From Planctomycetales bacterium (GTDB lineage: Bacteria > 4484-113), in contig JBBIRS010000006.1 of assembly GCA_037441675.1 (NCBI GenBank), positions 32,001 through 96,000 on the forward strand: a DNA stretch of 64,000 nucleotides, read 5' to 3'. The translations under genes and the position numbers were made by a program. The notes beneath the pieces were generated by a model that searched no databases, had not been told where the DNA came from, and was given only the letters and a program-made list of their open reading frames with translations. Positions 32,659-43,197 of this stretch are shown here, in pieces. Position 1 is the first letter of the stretch, and each line of letters starts with the position of its first letter.

Positions 32659-33042
32659 CTATTCTTCCTTTGATTCTGCTTCTATTTCAAGCCCTTCTTG
32701 CGCTTTCTCAGGTTTCTTCGCTCCCTTTATAGCTATTTTTTCTACCTGAACAACGGTTATTTTGTCGCGATACCCTTTAGTTCGCCGATAGTTTTTCTTT
32801 GAGTGGTACTTGAACACCCGAATCTTTTTTCCCTTTGACTGCTCCACGGCTTTCAGGGTAACTTTCGCTTTATCCAAAGTGGGATTGCCAATAAGAACTT
32901 CTCCATCATCAGGGGCGAATAGGATTACCTTTTCCACGTCCAATCTTTGACCCACAGACACCTTCTGATGTGGAAGTTCCAAGAGCTCTTTCTCACGAAC
33001 GTGATACTGCTTACCAAGAAATTCAATTATTGCATAACTCAT
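32659..33042 (-). CDS. rplU: 50S ribosomal protein L21
   Basis: YAII..GKQY.V and KGKKIRVFKY..KKNYRRTKGYR motifs. Confidence 0.96.
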   Translation of the reverse strand: MSYAIIEFLGKQYHVREKELLELPHQKVSVGQRLDVEKVILFAPDDGEVLIGNPTLDKAKVTLKAVEQSKGKKIRVFKYHSKKNYRRTKGYRDKITVVQVEKIAIKGAKKPEKAQEGLEIEAESKEE

Positions 33043-33054
33043 ATTAGAATTACT

Positions 33055-33083
33055 AGTTTAGCTTTTAAATTTGATAATGTCAA
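33055..33083 (-). promoter_or_regulatory. Sigma70-type promoter of rplU-rpmA
   Basis: TTGACA-17-TAAACT, ending 12 nt before the ATG. Confidence 0.75.
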
Positions 33084-33209
33084 TTATCATTACTCTTATG
33101 ATTATGATTATTGTAAGAACGGAGTAAGCTCAATAGACGAGTAAATGAAATAGTATGAAAACATTAGCATTTTGAATGCAGTTTGAAGTTAAATATGTAA
33201 CTATTACCT

Positions 33210-35837
33210 TTAGGATACTTCTAAAACACGTACCACACTTTCTAACAAGTGCTCAGATGAATAAGGTTTCATCAAAACGGCTGAAAATCCTATCTCCTCA
33301 AGCTCAGCGATATCAGCACTATCTGCAAGCCCTGTTGAAGCGATGGCTTTGACGTTCGGATTGAGCTTCTTTAGCTCTGAAATAACGGTGCGCCCATCCA
33401 TTATTGGCATAGAAATATCAAGAATAACCAAAGAGATTTCACTTAGGTACTTTCGGTAAATGGCTAGTGCTTCGGTTCCATTACTCGCAATAATCACCTT
33501 AAACCCGTTTGATTCCAACGTGAGCTTGGCAACTTCTGCAATGACCTGTTCATCATCCGCAACAAGAATGGTTTGTCCTTTACCCTTTGTCTCCTTTGAA
33601 GTCCCCATTCTTTCTATACCAAAGTCCCTTATAGTTTCTGTTTCAATTGCAGGAATATAAACGTCAAAACGCGAGCCATTTCCAGGCTCACTATAAACGT
33701 TAATAAAACCTCCATAGCTTTTCACGATGTTATAAACAGTTGAGAGACCTATCCCACTACCCATTTCTTCTCCCTTTGTAGTATAAAATGGCTCAAAAAT
33801 GTGGTCAATTACCTCGGGCGTCATGCCGGTTCCAGTATCGCTTATTGTAATCAGAACATAGGTGCCGATTCTAGCGTCAATATGAATTCTCACGTAGTTC
33901 TCATCAATGAATACGTTTTCACAGCTTATTCTCAACAAGCCACCATTTGGCATAGCGTCCTTTGAATTTATGCAAATATTTAGTAGGATCTGCCTCAATT
34001 GAGTTGGATCGCCCAAAACGCAATTATTGTCCTCCTTTAATTCAACTCGGAGCTTTATATTTTTTGGGAAAGTTTGCGAAATAAACTTGGCAGTTTCATT
34101 TATTATATCCTTTACATTCACCGTAATCCTTTCCCCTACCACACCCTTCCCAAAAGATAAGATACGCTTCACAAGCTCCGCACCATGTTTTGTAGAATTG
34201 TCCAACAGCTCAAGAAACCTTTTGGATTTCTCGTCTGTAAGTTTCTCTTTCAAATTGCCCACGGCGACAAGAATAGGAGTCAGAATATTATTCAGGTCAT
34301 GGACAATTCCGCTGTCGAGCCTACCAATACTTTCCATTCTCTGCGTTCGCATAATCTGAGATTCAAGAAGCTTTATCTCTGTTAAATCCCTTTCCACCAC
34401 TAGTACTGATTCAGCTTTTCCTTCCGCATCTCGAACCAGCACCCAACTACTGCTGACGATTCTTTCTTTACCATCTTTAGTTTGGATTCTCAATTCTGTT
34501 TCCAGTGATCCCTTCCTTAGAACCTCTTTTATATAGTCCTGATATTTGCTTTCTTCCTTCAATAGCAAAGACTGAAATTCTTTCCCGATAATATCATCCT
34601 TCTTAAAACCATAAAGTTTAGTCGCTCCTTCATTCCAGAAATAAACTCTTCCTTGTAAATCTCTTACTGAAATAGCGTCGGGAGCTAAATCCAACAATAA
34701 CGCTTGTTGTCTCAATTGTGCTTCACTCTTCTTTATCTCTTATATATCTTTTTCAATATTTTCAGCCATTTCATTAAAAGCTTTACCCATTAGGGAGAAC
34801 TGACCATACAATCCTTGCGGGTTAATCCTAGTAGAAAGCTCGCCTTTTGATATCTTCAAAGTAGCATCCAGAAGCCTAGTTATAGGTTTGACTATCAATA
34901 AGTCTCCCATAAACCAAGCGCCCATTAAAGCTAAAGATGTTACTATTAGCAAAACTAAGAGCTCTAGGTTCATCCTGTCCCTTAATTGAGAAAACGCAAT
35001 CTCTTCAGGTATGATAAAGATGGCATAAGCCTTCATAGCCCCAGGGCTTGAAATCAATTGTGCATACGTGTAAAGATTGAGGACTCCTGCCTCATCCTTT
35101 TCAATAATTGTGCCAGTATCAAAGTCTAACTTTTCTTTCATTCTTGATAGCTCTTCAAACTTATCTCCTGCTTTCTCTTCCGTAAAGGGATAGCGCATCA
35201 GTATGCTTCCCCCTTCATCTACGAGTAGAAACTTTGAACCCAATGGCGAACCAGATACTCTGATGAAATCTTGAAGCCACTCCAGCGACATTGCGGCGAA
35301 CAAAACCGCAACAATTTCCCCACTTTCATCCAAAACAGGATAAGCAAAGTTTATCCCGGGCTTTCCTGTAACTCTACCGATCTGATACTCTCCTACTGAG
35401 AAGCCTTTATTTTGTATGACTCGTTTGAAGTAGAGCCTATCTCCAAGGAAAACCTTTTCCTTGACCGGTAGAGCGCTTGCCAGCAGATATCCATCCCTTC
35501 CGATAAGTCCAAAGTTTGCATAAATCAAGTGACTACTTAGGATGTTTCGTAAAAGTCCATTCACCTCTTCAACGTTCATTTTCTTGATTGGCTCTGAAAG
35601 TGCTAATGATTGAAGAATGATCATTGTTTGATTAACCAGCATTTTCTCTCTTAAAACCAAAAGCTTTACCAGGGCAAGGAACTTTGCTTTCGTTTCTTCA
35701 ATTTCTCTTAGCCTGTCTTGTTGTGTTTGTTTAATAGTGATAACTCCGAGGGGTAAAGTGCTGACGAGAATAAGCAAAACCAGCGCTAACCTAACCCCAA
35801 CATTCTGGGATGATGTCCTGAAAGTTTTTTCGCTCAT
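33210..35837 (-). pseudogene. Hybrid sensor histidine kinase (Cache-HAMP-PAS-HisKA-HATPase-REC) with one in-frame stop
   Basis: The two ORFs share a frame: ...ENIEKDI*EIKKSEAQLRQQ (TAA 34740-34742). HDLNN, DTGTG, FEPFYTTK and DISMP motifs. Confidence 0.85.
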
Positions 35838-36283
35838 TCCTCTTTCCTTATGAAACTAATCATTTTACATCACCGTTATTCGCTACTCTAATTCAAGGAT
35901 ACCACTTTACTCTGTATAAAACATCTTTGAGTGACTTTCTAAAGATATACATAAGTTCAATTTCCAAAGCGAAAATTGACATTACATCAATATACAAACC
36001 TTTCAGATGAAATATCATTAAAACACAACACACTTTCACCCCCTTTATTTTAATAGTATAATAATGTCAATATTTGCAGTCTAATTATACCATAGAATGT
36101 CAACTAATACAAAATTAGCATTAAAATTAAATATATGTAATTATGCTTTTCTGTAACGCAAAGCAAAGGTCTAAACTCATTGGATAAATCATTACCCTAT
36201 CAATTCTTCAACGATTAGTATTTTTGGGAATGCCATTTGATTTGGTTACGAAGATAGGAAGGACATAATCTAAGAGATTGAAC

Positions 36284-36312
36284 TTGCAAAAATAGTTGCA
36301 AGAAGATATAAT
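36284..36312 (+). promoter_or_regulatory. Sigma70-type promoter of the ileS leader
   Basis: TTGCAA-17-TATAAT. Confidence 0.8.
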
Positions 36313-36336
36313 TTTTACGTGAGGAGCTAGTGAAAG

Positions 36337-36408
36337 ATGTTGGTATGGAACGACGTTAAGGAGAGAAGAATTTCGCGATTTTCTATTATTATGACCAGGG
36401 CGGGATAG
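36337..36408 (+). CDS. Putative ileS leader peptide MLVWNDVKERRISRFSIIMTRAG
   Basis: SD GAGGAG at 36321-36326. Three ATT (Ile) codons, two in tandem. Stop codon lies inside the antiterminator arm. Confidence 0.65.
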   Translation: MLVWNDVKERRISRFSIIMTRAG

Positions 36409-36431
36409 AGGAACGTGCGTTTTCTATCCCT

Positions 36432-36460
36432 AGCCCTTCTCGGAAGAGGAGGGCTTTTTT
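36432..36460 (+). terminator. Attenuator terminator upstream of ileS
   Basis: AGCCCTTCTC-GGAA-GAGGAGGGCT-TTTTT, between the promoter and the ileS start. Confidence 0.85.
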
Positions 36461-36512
36461 ATTTCAGAATAATGGAATATTTTGGCTTTATCTTGTTTGA
36501 TAAGGATGCGAA

Positions 36513-39500
36513 ATGGGCAGATTTGAAAAGGTTGACACTAGTTACAACTTTCCGGAGTTAGAGAACAAAATCCTAAATTTTTGGGAGAAGGAGCGGATTT
36601 TCCAAAAGAGCCTTGAAAAACCCTCACTAATGGGAGAATTTGTATTTTACGAGGGCCCGCCCACTTTGAATGCGCTCCCGCATCCTGGACATGTCCTGAC
36701 CAGAGTGATAAAGGACATAATTCCACGCTATCGCACAATGAAAGGCTATCATGTATCTCGCAAAGCCGGATGGGACACACATGGCTTGCCTGTGGAGATT
36801 GAGGTAGAAAAAGAGCTCAATTTCAGCTCTAAACAACAAATTGAATCCTACGGAATTAAGAATTTCAATGAGAAGTGTTTACAAAGTGTTCGTAAGTACG
36901 AAGGCGAATGGGTTAATATAAGCAATCGTGTAGGCTTCTGGCTTGATTATACAGATGCGTATTACACTTACACTAACGAATACATCGAATCTATTTGGTG
37001 GCTCTTGCGTGAGCTGTGGAATAAGGGGCTAATTTACGAGGATTACAAAATAGTTCCCTATTGTTTTAGATGTGGAACGCCGTTATCTTCTCATGAGGTT
37101 GCCCAGAATTACCGCGAAGTGTCTGACCCAAGTGTTTATGTCAAGTTCAAAATCACCACTGATCTGACCAAATTTCATTCTGACTTGCGAATAGGTAATG
37201 TTTACTTTTTGGTATGGACGACAACTCCCTGGACTTTAATCTCTAATGTTGCACTTGCGGTGAATCCGAATGCGGAATACGTGGCAGTTTATCACTCAGG
37301 TGATTATCTCATTCTTGCTAGAGATTTGATTGACTCTGTCGGATTATCCGAAGAGCCATTTGTCGCAAGTTTCTCAGGTTCAGATTTAAGGGGAGTAAAA
37401 TTTGAGCCTCTCTATGGGTTCTTTGAAGTTGATAGAGAAGGTTGGTATGTGGTAACTGAAGAGTTTGTTAGTTTAACTGAGGGAACAGGTATCGTCCACA
37501 TAGCGCCAGCTTTTGGTGAGGAGGATTACGAGGTTGGCAAGAAAAACAACCTTCCCTTCATTCAGGCAGTTGACGATAAAGGTGCTTTCAAGGAGGAAGT
37601 GAAGCCTTGGGCTGGTATGAATGTTAAAGACGCTGACCCACACATCATTTCTGAGTTGAAGGCTAGACAGCTTATGTATCACGCCACCACATACACCCAC
37701 GAGTACCCATTTTGCTGGCGTTGTGAATCGCCACTTCTTTATTACGCTTTTATTTCCTGGTTTATAGCTGTAACAAAGGTGAAGGAGAGGTTGTTGGAGC
37801 TGAATCAACAGATTAACTGGATACCCAACCATATCCGTGATGGCAGATTTGGGCAATGGCTTGAGAGTGTTGTTGATTGGGCGCTTTCTAGGAACCGTTA
37901 TTGGGGGACGCCACTTCCAATTTGGAACTGCGAAAGTTGTGGACACAAGATAATGATTGGCTCCTATGATGAGCTTGGAAGGCTTGCCAATCTTCAGGTG
38001 GAAGACTATTACAACCGTGAAAGGTTTGACCCACATCGGCCATTTATTGATGAGATTAAGATAAGTTGCGAAAAGTGCAACGGCGTGATGAGCAGAGTTC
38101 CCCATGTCATTGATTGCTGGTTTGATTCAGGCGCGATGCCCTTTGCGCGTTATCACTATCCATTTGAGAATAGGGAGCTTATTGATGATGGCAAGCAATT
38201 TCCGGCTGATTTTATATCAGAGGCAATTGACCAGACGCGTGGTTGGTTCTACACGCTTCATGCCATTTCCGTTATGATCAAGGATAGTCCAGCTTATAAG
38301 AACTGCTTAGTTCTTGGGCATATCCAAGATGAGCGAGGCCGGAAGATGAGCAAGAGCCTTGGAAACGTTGTTGACCCGTGGACGGTTATTAATAGGCAAG
38401 GCGCGGATGCGTTTAGGTGGTACTTCTACAGCAATACACAGCCTTGGGTTCCAAGCAGATTTAGCGAGCGAGCGGTTGTCAAAAGTTTGCAGGGATTTCT
38501 CATCCCCCTTTGGAACGTGTATTCCTTCTTTGTTATTTACGCCAACATTGATAATTTTGACCCAACTAGTGAGGCAAGTCCATGGCAAAGCAGAAGTGAG
38601 CTGGATAGGTGGATTTTAGTTAAGCTAAACCAGCTTGCTGACAAGCTAAACAATTACCTTGAGAATTATCAAATAACGGAAGGTGCAAGAGAATTGGAAA
38701 CATTCTTGGATAGCTTGAGCAACTGGTACGTTAGAAGAAGTCGGCGTAAGTTTTGGAAAAGCGAGATGGATAAAGAGAAGTGGGACGCCTATCATACTCT
38801 TTACGAAGTTCTTACGACACTCGCAAAGCTCATTGCGCCATTTACACCGTTTATTGCGGAAGAGTTGTATCAAAAGCTTGTTCGCAGGTTTTATATGGAT
38901 GTACCCATTTCAGTTCATTTAGTTGATTATCCAACTCCAAAGGAAGAAGTTAAAGATGACGAGCTTGTGAGAGAGATGGATACTGCTCTAAGAGTAGTTA
39001 AGCTTGGACATGCTGCGCGTAATCTCTCCAAGATAAAGGTCCGTCAACCCCTATCATCCGCAACCATTATTTGCGATCGGGAGGAGATTAAGCAGGCTAT
39101 TGAGATCCACAAACTGACAATTTGTGAAGAGCTCAACATAAAGGAACTTATTTTTGCGGAGGATGAAGAGGACTATGTAAATTACTTGGTGAAGTTGAAC
39201 TATGCCCTTATTGGCCCGAGATTGGGGAATTTAACCCCAAAGGTCGCGAGCGCAATCTCTGCCATTAATCCTAAAGATATAGTGAGTGAGCTTGAGGAAA
39301 AGGGAACGGTTAGTCTTACAATTGAGGATAAGCAGATTGAATTAGCTAGCACGGAACTTGAGGTTCGGCTAATTGAGAAGCAGGATACTATTGCCCAAAG
39401 AGACGGAAACCTTCTACTCATACTCAACACTGAAATTTCCCCAGAGCTCAAGGAGGAAGGCTTGACACGGGAGTTCATCAGCAGGGTCCAAAACCTTAGA

Positions 39501-39719
39501 AAAGAGCTAAATCTTAATTACGAAGATAGAATTGAGCTTTTCTTTAAGACTGAGGAACCTGTGAAAAGCGCGATACTGAAGCACATGGACTTAATCTGTT
39601 CAGAGACCCTTGCGGTGAAATTTATTGAAGATACAAAGCTCTCTGAGGAGACTGAAGGTGCGCATACAACAGACGTTGAGAATGTGAAGACGGTGCTAAG
39701 AGTTGCTCCGGTGAGGTAA
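36513..39719 (+). CDS. ileS: Isoleucine--tRNA ligase (type 2)
   Basis: EGPPT, GWDTHGLPVE, WTTTPWTL, SRNRYWGTPLP, DQTRGWFY and KMSKS motifs; long IleRS2-type C-terminus. Confidence 0.97.
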   Translation: MGRFEKVDTSYNFPELENKILNFWEKERIFQKSLEKPSLMGEFVFYEGPPTLNALPHPGHVLTRVIKDIIPRYRTMKGYHVSRKAGWDTHGLPVEIEVEKELNFSSKQQIESYGIKNFNEKCLQSVRKYEGEWVNISNRVGFWLDYTDAYYTYTNEYIESIWWLLRELWNKGLIYEDYKIVPYCFRCGTPLSSHEVAQNYREVSDPSVYVKFKITTDLTKFHSDLRIGNVYFLVWTTTPWTLISNVALAVNPNAEYVAVYHSGDYLILARDLIDSVGLSEEPFVASFSGSDLRGVKFEPLYGFFEVDREGWYVVTEEFVSLTEGTGIVHIAPAFGEEDYEVGKKNNLPFIQAVDDKGAFKEEVKPWAGMNVKDADPHIISELKARQLMYHATTYTHEYPFCWRCESPLLYYAFISWFIAVTKVKERLLELNQQINWIPNHIRDGRFGQWLESVVDWALSRNRYWGTPLPIWNCESCGHKIMIGSYDELGRLANLQVEDYYNRERFDPHRPFIDEIKISCEKCNGVMSRVPHVIDCWFDSGAMPFARYHYPFENRELIDDGKQFPADFISEAIDQTRGWFYTLHAISVMIKDSPAYKNCLVLGHIQDERGRKMSKSLGNVVDPWTVINRQGADAFRWYFYSNTQPWVPSRFSERAVVKSLQGFLIPLWNVYSFFVIYANIDNFDPTSEASPWQSRSELDRWILVKLNQLADKLNNYLENYQITEGARELETFLDSLSNWYVRRSRRKFWKSEMDKEKWDAYHTLYEVLTTLAKLIAPFTPFIAEELYQKLVRRFYMDVPISVHLVDYPTPKEEVKDDELVREMDTALRVVKLGHAARNLSKIKVRQPLSSATIICDREEIKQAIEIHKLTICEELNIKELIFAEDEEDYVNYLVKLNYALIGPRLGNLTPKVASAISAINPKDIVSELEEKGTVSLTIEDKQIELASTELEVRLIEKQDTIAQRDGNLLLILNTEISPELKEEGLTREFISRVQNLRKELNLNYEDRIELFFKTEEPVKSAILKHMDLICSETLAVKFIEDTKLSEETEGAHTTDVENVKTVLRVAPVR

Positions 39720-39941
39720 GTTTGTAGGAAAATAATTCGTTTTTCGCTAGAGATTACTGTTGGCTTTTATTGGGTTATTGTTGGATTTCCAATTTAGACC
39801 TTCCGTGAAGAGCGTTACTCTTCCCTCTACTCCGCCCTAATTTTTTGCGGTAAAAATGGTAAATAAGGAGACAACTTCCCGGTAAGAGATCTCTTAACCT
39901 AAGAACAGCTGTCTTCATTTGAGGAATAATGAGACTCGATG

Positions 39942-40769
39942 TTACAGATATCTCGCGGAGATGGCTTGAACCATTTTTGCATTAAGTTTATGACCACTCA
40001 TCACACCTAGGAAATGAGCTTTTACGCCTTTGCCTAAAATGTACAAATCTCCTAGAATATCAAGCACCTTGTGCCTGGCAAATTCATCCGGTAGCCTAAG
40101 CTGAGGTATATCCCCTGCTCTTATAACTACGCCCATCGATTCATCTGTCCCAGTGATAATCTGCTGCTCAAGTAGTTTTCTAGCTTCCTCCTCTGGGATG
40201 AATGTTCTCGCGGGCAGAATTTCAGTCAGCGCCTTTTCCCTGTCTCCATCAAAAGTAGTGAACTGAGTTTCTACATTGGGATATTCGGGGTATTTCAGGA
40301 TGTAACTGACGCGAAAGGATTCAGCGGGACTAGCAATTAGGCACTTATCCTCATTTTCCTTAACTACAATTGGCGAACGCAGCGAGATCTCCGTAACTGG
40401 AGCTTGCTGTTCAACCAGACCTGCGGACTGAAGATACTCAACGTAAGGCATGGCGCTTCCATCAAATGTTGGCAACTCCGGCGAATCAATCCTAACCTCA
40501 AGATTAGAGATGCCAAGAGCCCAACATGCGGACATTAGATGCTCAACCACGATAACTTTTACGTCGTTTTTTTCTAGTGTGGTGCAGTTTGGTGAATACC
40601 TTAGATTTTGTGGTTCAGCGCAAATAGCACAATCATTTTCAACGTCTGTTCTTCTGAAGATGATACCTGTATTTTCTTCTCGTGGAATAAGGGTAACACT
40701 TGTCATCCTATCCAGCATGAAGCCTTTGCCGGAAAAGGATACTTCATTCTTTATGGTTTTCTGCAACAT
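39942..40769 (-). CDS. lpxC: UDP-3-O-acyl-GlcNAc deacetylase
   Basis: VEHLMSA, ELPTFDGSA, RHKVLDILGDL and SGHKLN motifs. Confidence 0.93.
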   Translation of the reverse strand: MLQKTIKNEVSFSGKGFMLDRMTSVTLIPREENTGIIFRRTDVENDCAICAEPQNLRYSPNCTTLEKNDVKVIVVEHLMSACWALGISNLEVRIDSPELPTFDGSAMPYVEYLQSAGLVEQQAPVTEISLRSPIVVKENEDKCLIASPAESFRVSYILKYPEYPNVETQFTTFDGDREKALTEILPARTFIPEEEARKLLEQQIITGTDESMGVVIRAGDIPQLRLPDEFARHKVLDILGDLYILGKGVKAHFLGVMSGHKLNAKMVQAISARYL

Positions 40770-40900
40770 TTTAAGCTCACCAAGATAAACTAAATGAAAC
40801 TCTCAATGTAATATATAGGTGTGAAAAGCTCTAGCAAAAATCACTAATATTTTATTCTATTAAAGTAATGAACAATTATTCGGTCATTCACCCTAAATTA

Positions 40901-40929
40901 TTGAAAGAAAATGTAGGATAGTATATACT
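40901..40929 (+). promoter_or_regulatory. Sigma70-type promoter of hpf
   Basis: TTGAAA-17-TATACT. Confidence 0.7.
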
Positions 40930-40970
40930 CTTATTAGAAATAACAGCAAAATGCAAGGGAGGATTAAGAG

Positions 40971-41624
40971 TTGGAACTGAGAGTTAAGGCTAATGGCTTT
41001 GACTTATCAGAAAGATTGAAATTATACGCTGAATCAAAGGTTTCCCGTTTGGAACGATTCTTTAACCACATTCTCTATGCTGATGTTGAGTTCACGGAGG
41101 AAGCGCGCGGTAAGAAGGGTAACAGTAAGAAAGTTGAGGTAACACTAAAGGCCGCTGGACGCACGGTGCGAGCGGAAGTTATGGAAAGCTCCTTTTATAC
41201 CGGTGTGGACGTTGCGGTGGATAAGCTTGAACGGCAGTTAAAGAAGTATAAGACCAAGCTAGAAGCGCAAAGGCGTTCGCAACGCAAAAGGCGTGAAACT
41301 TTAGAGGTGACTTATCAATCTTTAGACACCATTGAAAAAGGTGCTAGTGTTTCAGAATCTGTTTTGCAGGAGGCAAGGAAGTCGGACGGTGAAGAAGAAT
41401 TTCAGGCTTCAACAGCGGGAGTTCTTCCAGAAGAAGGAACTTTTAGAATCGTTCGGAGAAAGACTTTTAGCACGAAGCCAATGACTTGGGAGGAAGCCGC
41501 GCTTCAACTGGAGCTTTCTGGTCATCCATTCTTCCTTTTTGTTAATGCTGAAACATCTCAGGTTAACGCACTTTTTAAGCGAGAAGCCGGAGGATATGGG
41601 CTTTTGGAGCCCAAGGATGATTAG
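40971..41624 (+). CDS. hpf: Ribosome hibernation promoting factor (long HPF)
   Basis: VDKLERQLKKYKTK and C-terminal KPMTWEEAALQLELSGHPFFLF..GYGLLEP. Confidence 0.94.
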   Translation: MELRVKANGFDLSERLKLYAESKVSRLERFFNHILYADVEFTEEARGKKGNSKKVEVTLKAAGRTVRAEVMESSFYTGVDVAVDKLERQLKKYKTKLEAQRRSQRKRRETLEVTYQSLDTIEKGASVSESVLQEARKSDGEEEFQASTAGVLPEEGTFRIVRRKTFSTKPMTWEEAALQLELSGHPFFLFVNAETSQVNALFKREAGGYGLLEPKDD

Positions 41625-41920
41625 GAATGATTAGATAATAGAAAAGCGCAAAGTGGTTGTTTACCTCCCTTTCAATCATTCTTGCTCTCGCAGAATAAAA
41701 GACTGCTCAGACTTTTACCACCCAAATTTAGTTTTTGCTCTTCTATTTTCATATTAATACTTGATACTTCTGCATCTGAAAATCCTTGATTAAATACTTA
41801 CCATTTTCTCTAGAACTGACTACTGAAACTCTCTGCGGGCATCCTCTAAAACCCGCATCTTATCTTAATGCAAGTGAAATAGGCGAATCGCAACTAAGAT
41901 TTGAAAAGCGGCAAGAAAAA

Positions 41921-42877
41921 TTAAGCTCCGCGTTTCCACCAAAGGAAGTTATCATTCCCATAGGGTTTTGCAGAAGCGGAGAATAGTACTTTTTCTGAGG
42001 CGCTCATTGGCCTAAATGATAGAGCGTAAGAGTAATTCTCCTTGACATGCTCAGGCGTTCCCATGCCAATTATGGCGGTGTCTACTGGTTGGCTAAGAGA
42101 AAAGTGGAGCATCTTTTCCAGAGATAGCTTGTTAACAAGTTTGCCCTCCCCAAAAACTTTCATAGCAATTATGCCCACACCCTGTTTTTTTGCGGAAGGC
42201 ATAAATTTGCCAGCAAAATCGCCAATGAATTGGTCTGCGACACCGCATGCGACAAGAGCGGTTGTAAATGGATACCTTCTAAGAGCTTCTAAGAGGACTG
42301 ATGGTCTTGTATGGCCTGTGATGCCTATATTTCTTACTAAGCCAGCATTCTTGGCTTCCATACAAGCACGAAAACTTCCATTTTCGCTCATTACTTGATT
42401 CAGTGTTTCCATATCATTAATGGCATGCAGTTGAATGCAATCAAGGGGCTTTTTTAGATTGAGACGTTTAAGACTCTGAGTAATTTCGACCTTCGATTCT
42501 GAATAAGTGCGCCTAAGCGTCTTAGTGGTTACCCAGATTTTACTTTGATCCTCACCATTTAATCCTAATCCTAGCCTTCTTTCGCTTTCGCCGTCACCGT
42601 ACTGGCTTGCGGTATCAAAATAGTTTACTCCCAGCTCAAGGCATGTTTTCACGGTTGCAATTGCGGTTCTTTCGTCATTCTTTGGGAGGATAGTTCCACC
42701 TAATCCTAGAATTGTCGCTTGAAAGCCTGACTTTCCAAGTGGGCGTTTTTCAAGGACTTTTCTCTCTTGCGCAAATATTGCTTTAGGAAATGATGAAATG
42801 ATTCCGCTCGCGGATATTACACCCTTTGCTAAAAGTTCTATAAATTTCCGCCTAGATGTTTTTCCTTGTTCTTCCAA
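41921..42877 (-). CDS. Aldo/keto reductase with a Tat-like signal peptide
   Basis: SRRKFI N-terminus, GVNYFDTASQYG, IGITGH and GIIAMK motifs. Confidence 0.88.
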   Translation of the reverse strand: MEEQGKTSRRKFIELLAKGVISASGIISSFPKAIFAQERKVLEKRPLGKSGFQATILGLGGTILPKNDERTAIATVKTCLELGVNYFDTASQYGDGESERRLGLGLNGEDQSKIWVTTKTLRRTYSESKVEITQSLKRLNLKKPLDCIQLHAINDMETLNQVMSENGSFRACMEAKNAGLVRNIGITGHTRPSVLLEALRRYPFTTALVACGVADQFIGDFAGKFMPSAKKQGVGIIAMKVFGEGKLVNKLSLEKMLHFSLSQPVDTAIIGMGTPEHVKENYSYALSFRPMSASEKVLFSASAKPYGNDNFLWWKRGA

Positions 42878-43024
42878 TTGATTAATATTATAGGATGAAT
42901 TTTATTTCTAGTAATTTTGGTAGAAAAGTATTTGCGGATATTTGCCTTGTGGCAAAAGAAGATAATAACATCCTAAAATGCGGAATGTGGCAATGAGAAG
43001 TTATGAAAATGATTCAGTAAATTT

Positions 43025-43067
43025 TGTGATATAGGTCACATAAATTTTAATTATTGCTAGGTATAAT
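43025..43067 (+). promoter_or_regulatory. CRP/FNR- or Rex-type palindrome plus -10 box of the oxoacid:ferredoxin oxidoreductase operon
   Basis: TGTGA-tatagg-TCACA at 43025-43040; TATAAT at 43062-43067. Confidence 0.7.
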
Positions 43068-43197
43068 AATAGAAATTCGTAAGTAAGGAGTATTTTTACG
43101 GATACGGAGATTGAAATTGATCTCTTCTGCACAAACAATTCTGGGAGTATTCTCCCAGAAAGGGACTTCTTTCGTTTTATTCTAGAGGTGTTTAATC

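Noticed and set aside
35893..36033. 46-aa minus-strand ORF after GGGGGTG, upstream of the first kinase
   Set aside because: SD spacing is very short, the region is AT-rich, and nothing in the product is recognisable.
36320..36460. T-box riboswitch upstream of ileS
   Set aside because: No TGGNACC T-box bulge sequence and no room for a typical Stem I. The leader-peptide model fits better.
37473..38105. 210-aa antisense ORF inside ileS, and similar antisense ORFs in nuo, rpoC, kor, rnj and qor
   Set aside because: Shadow frames of well-conserved genes with no recognisable motifs.
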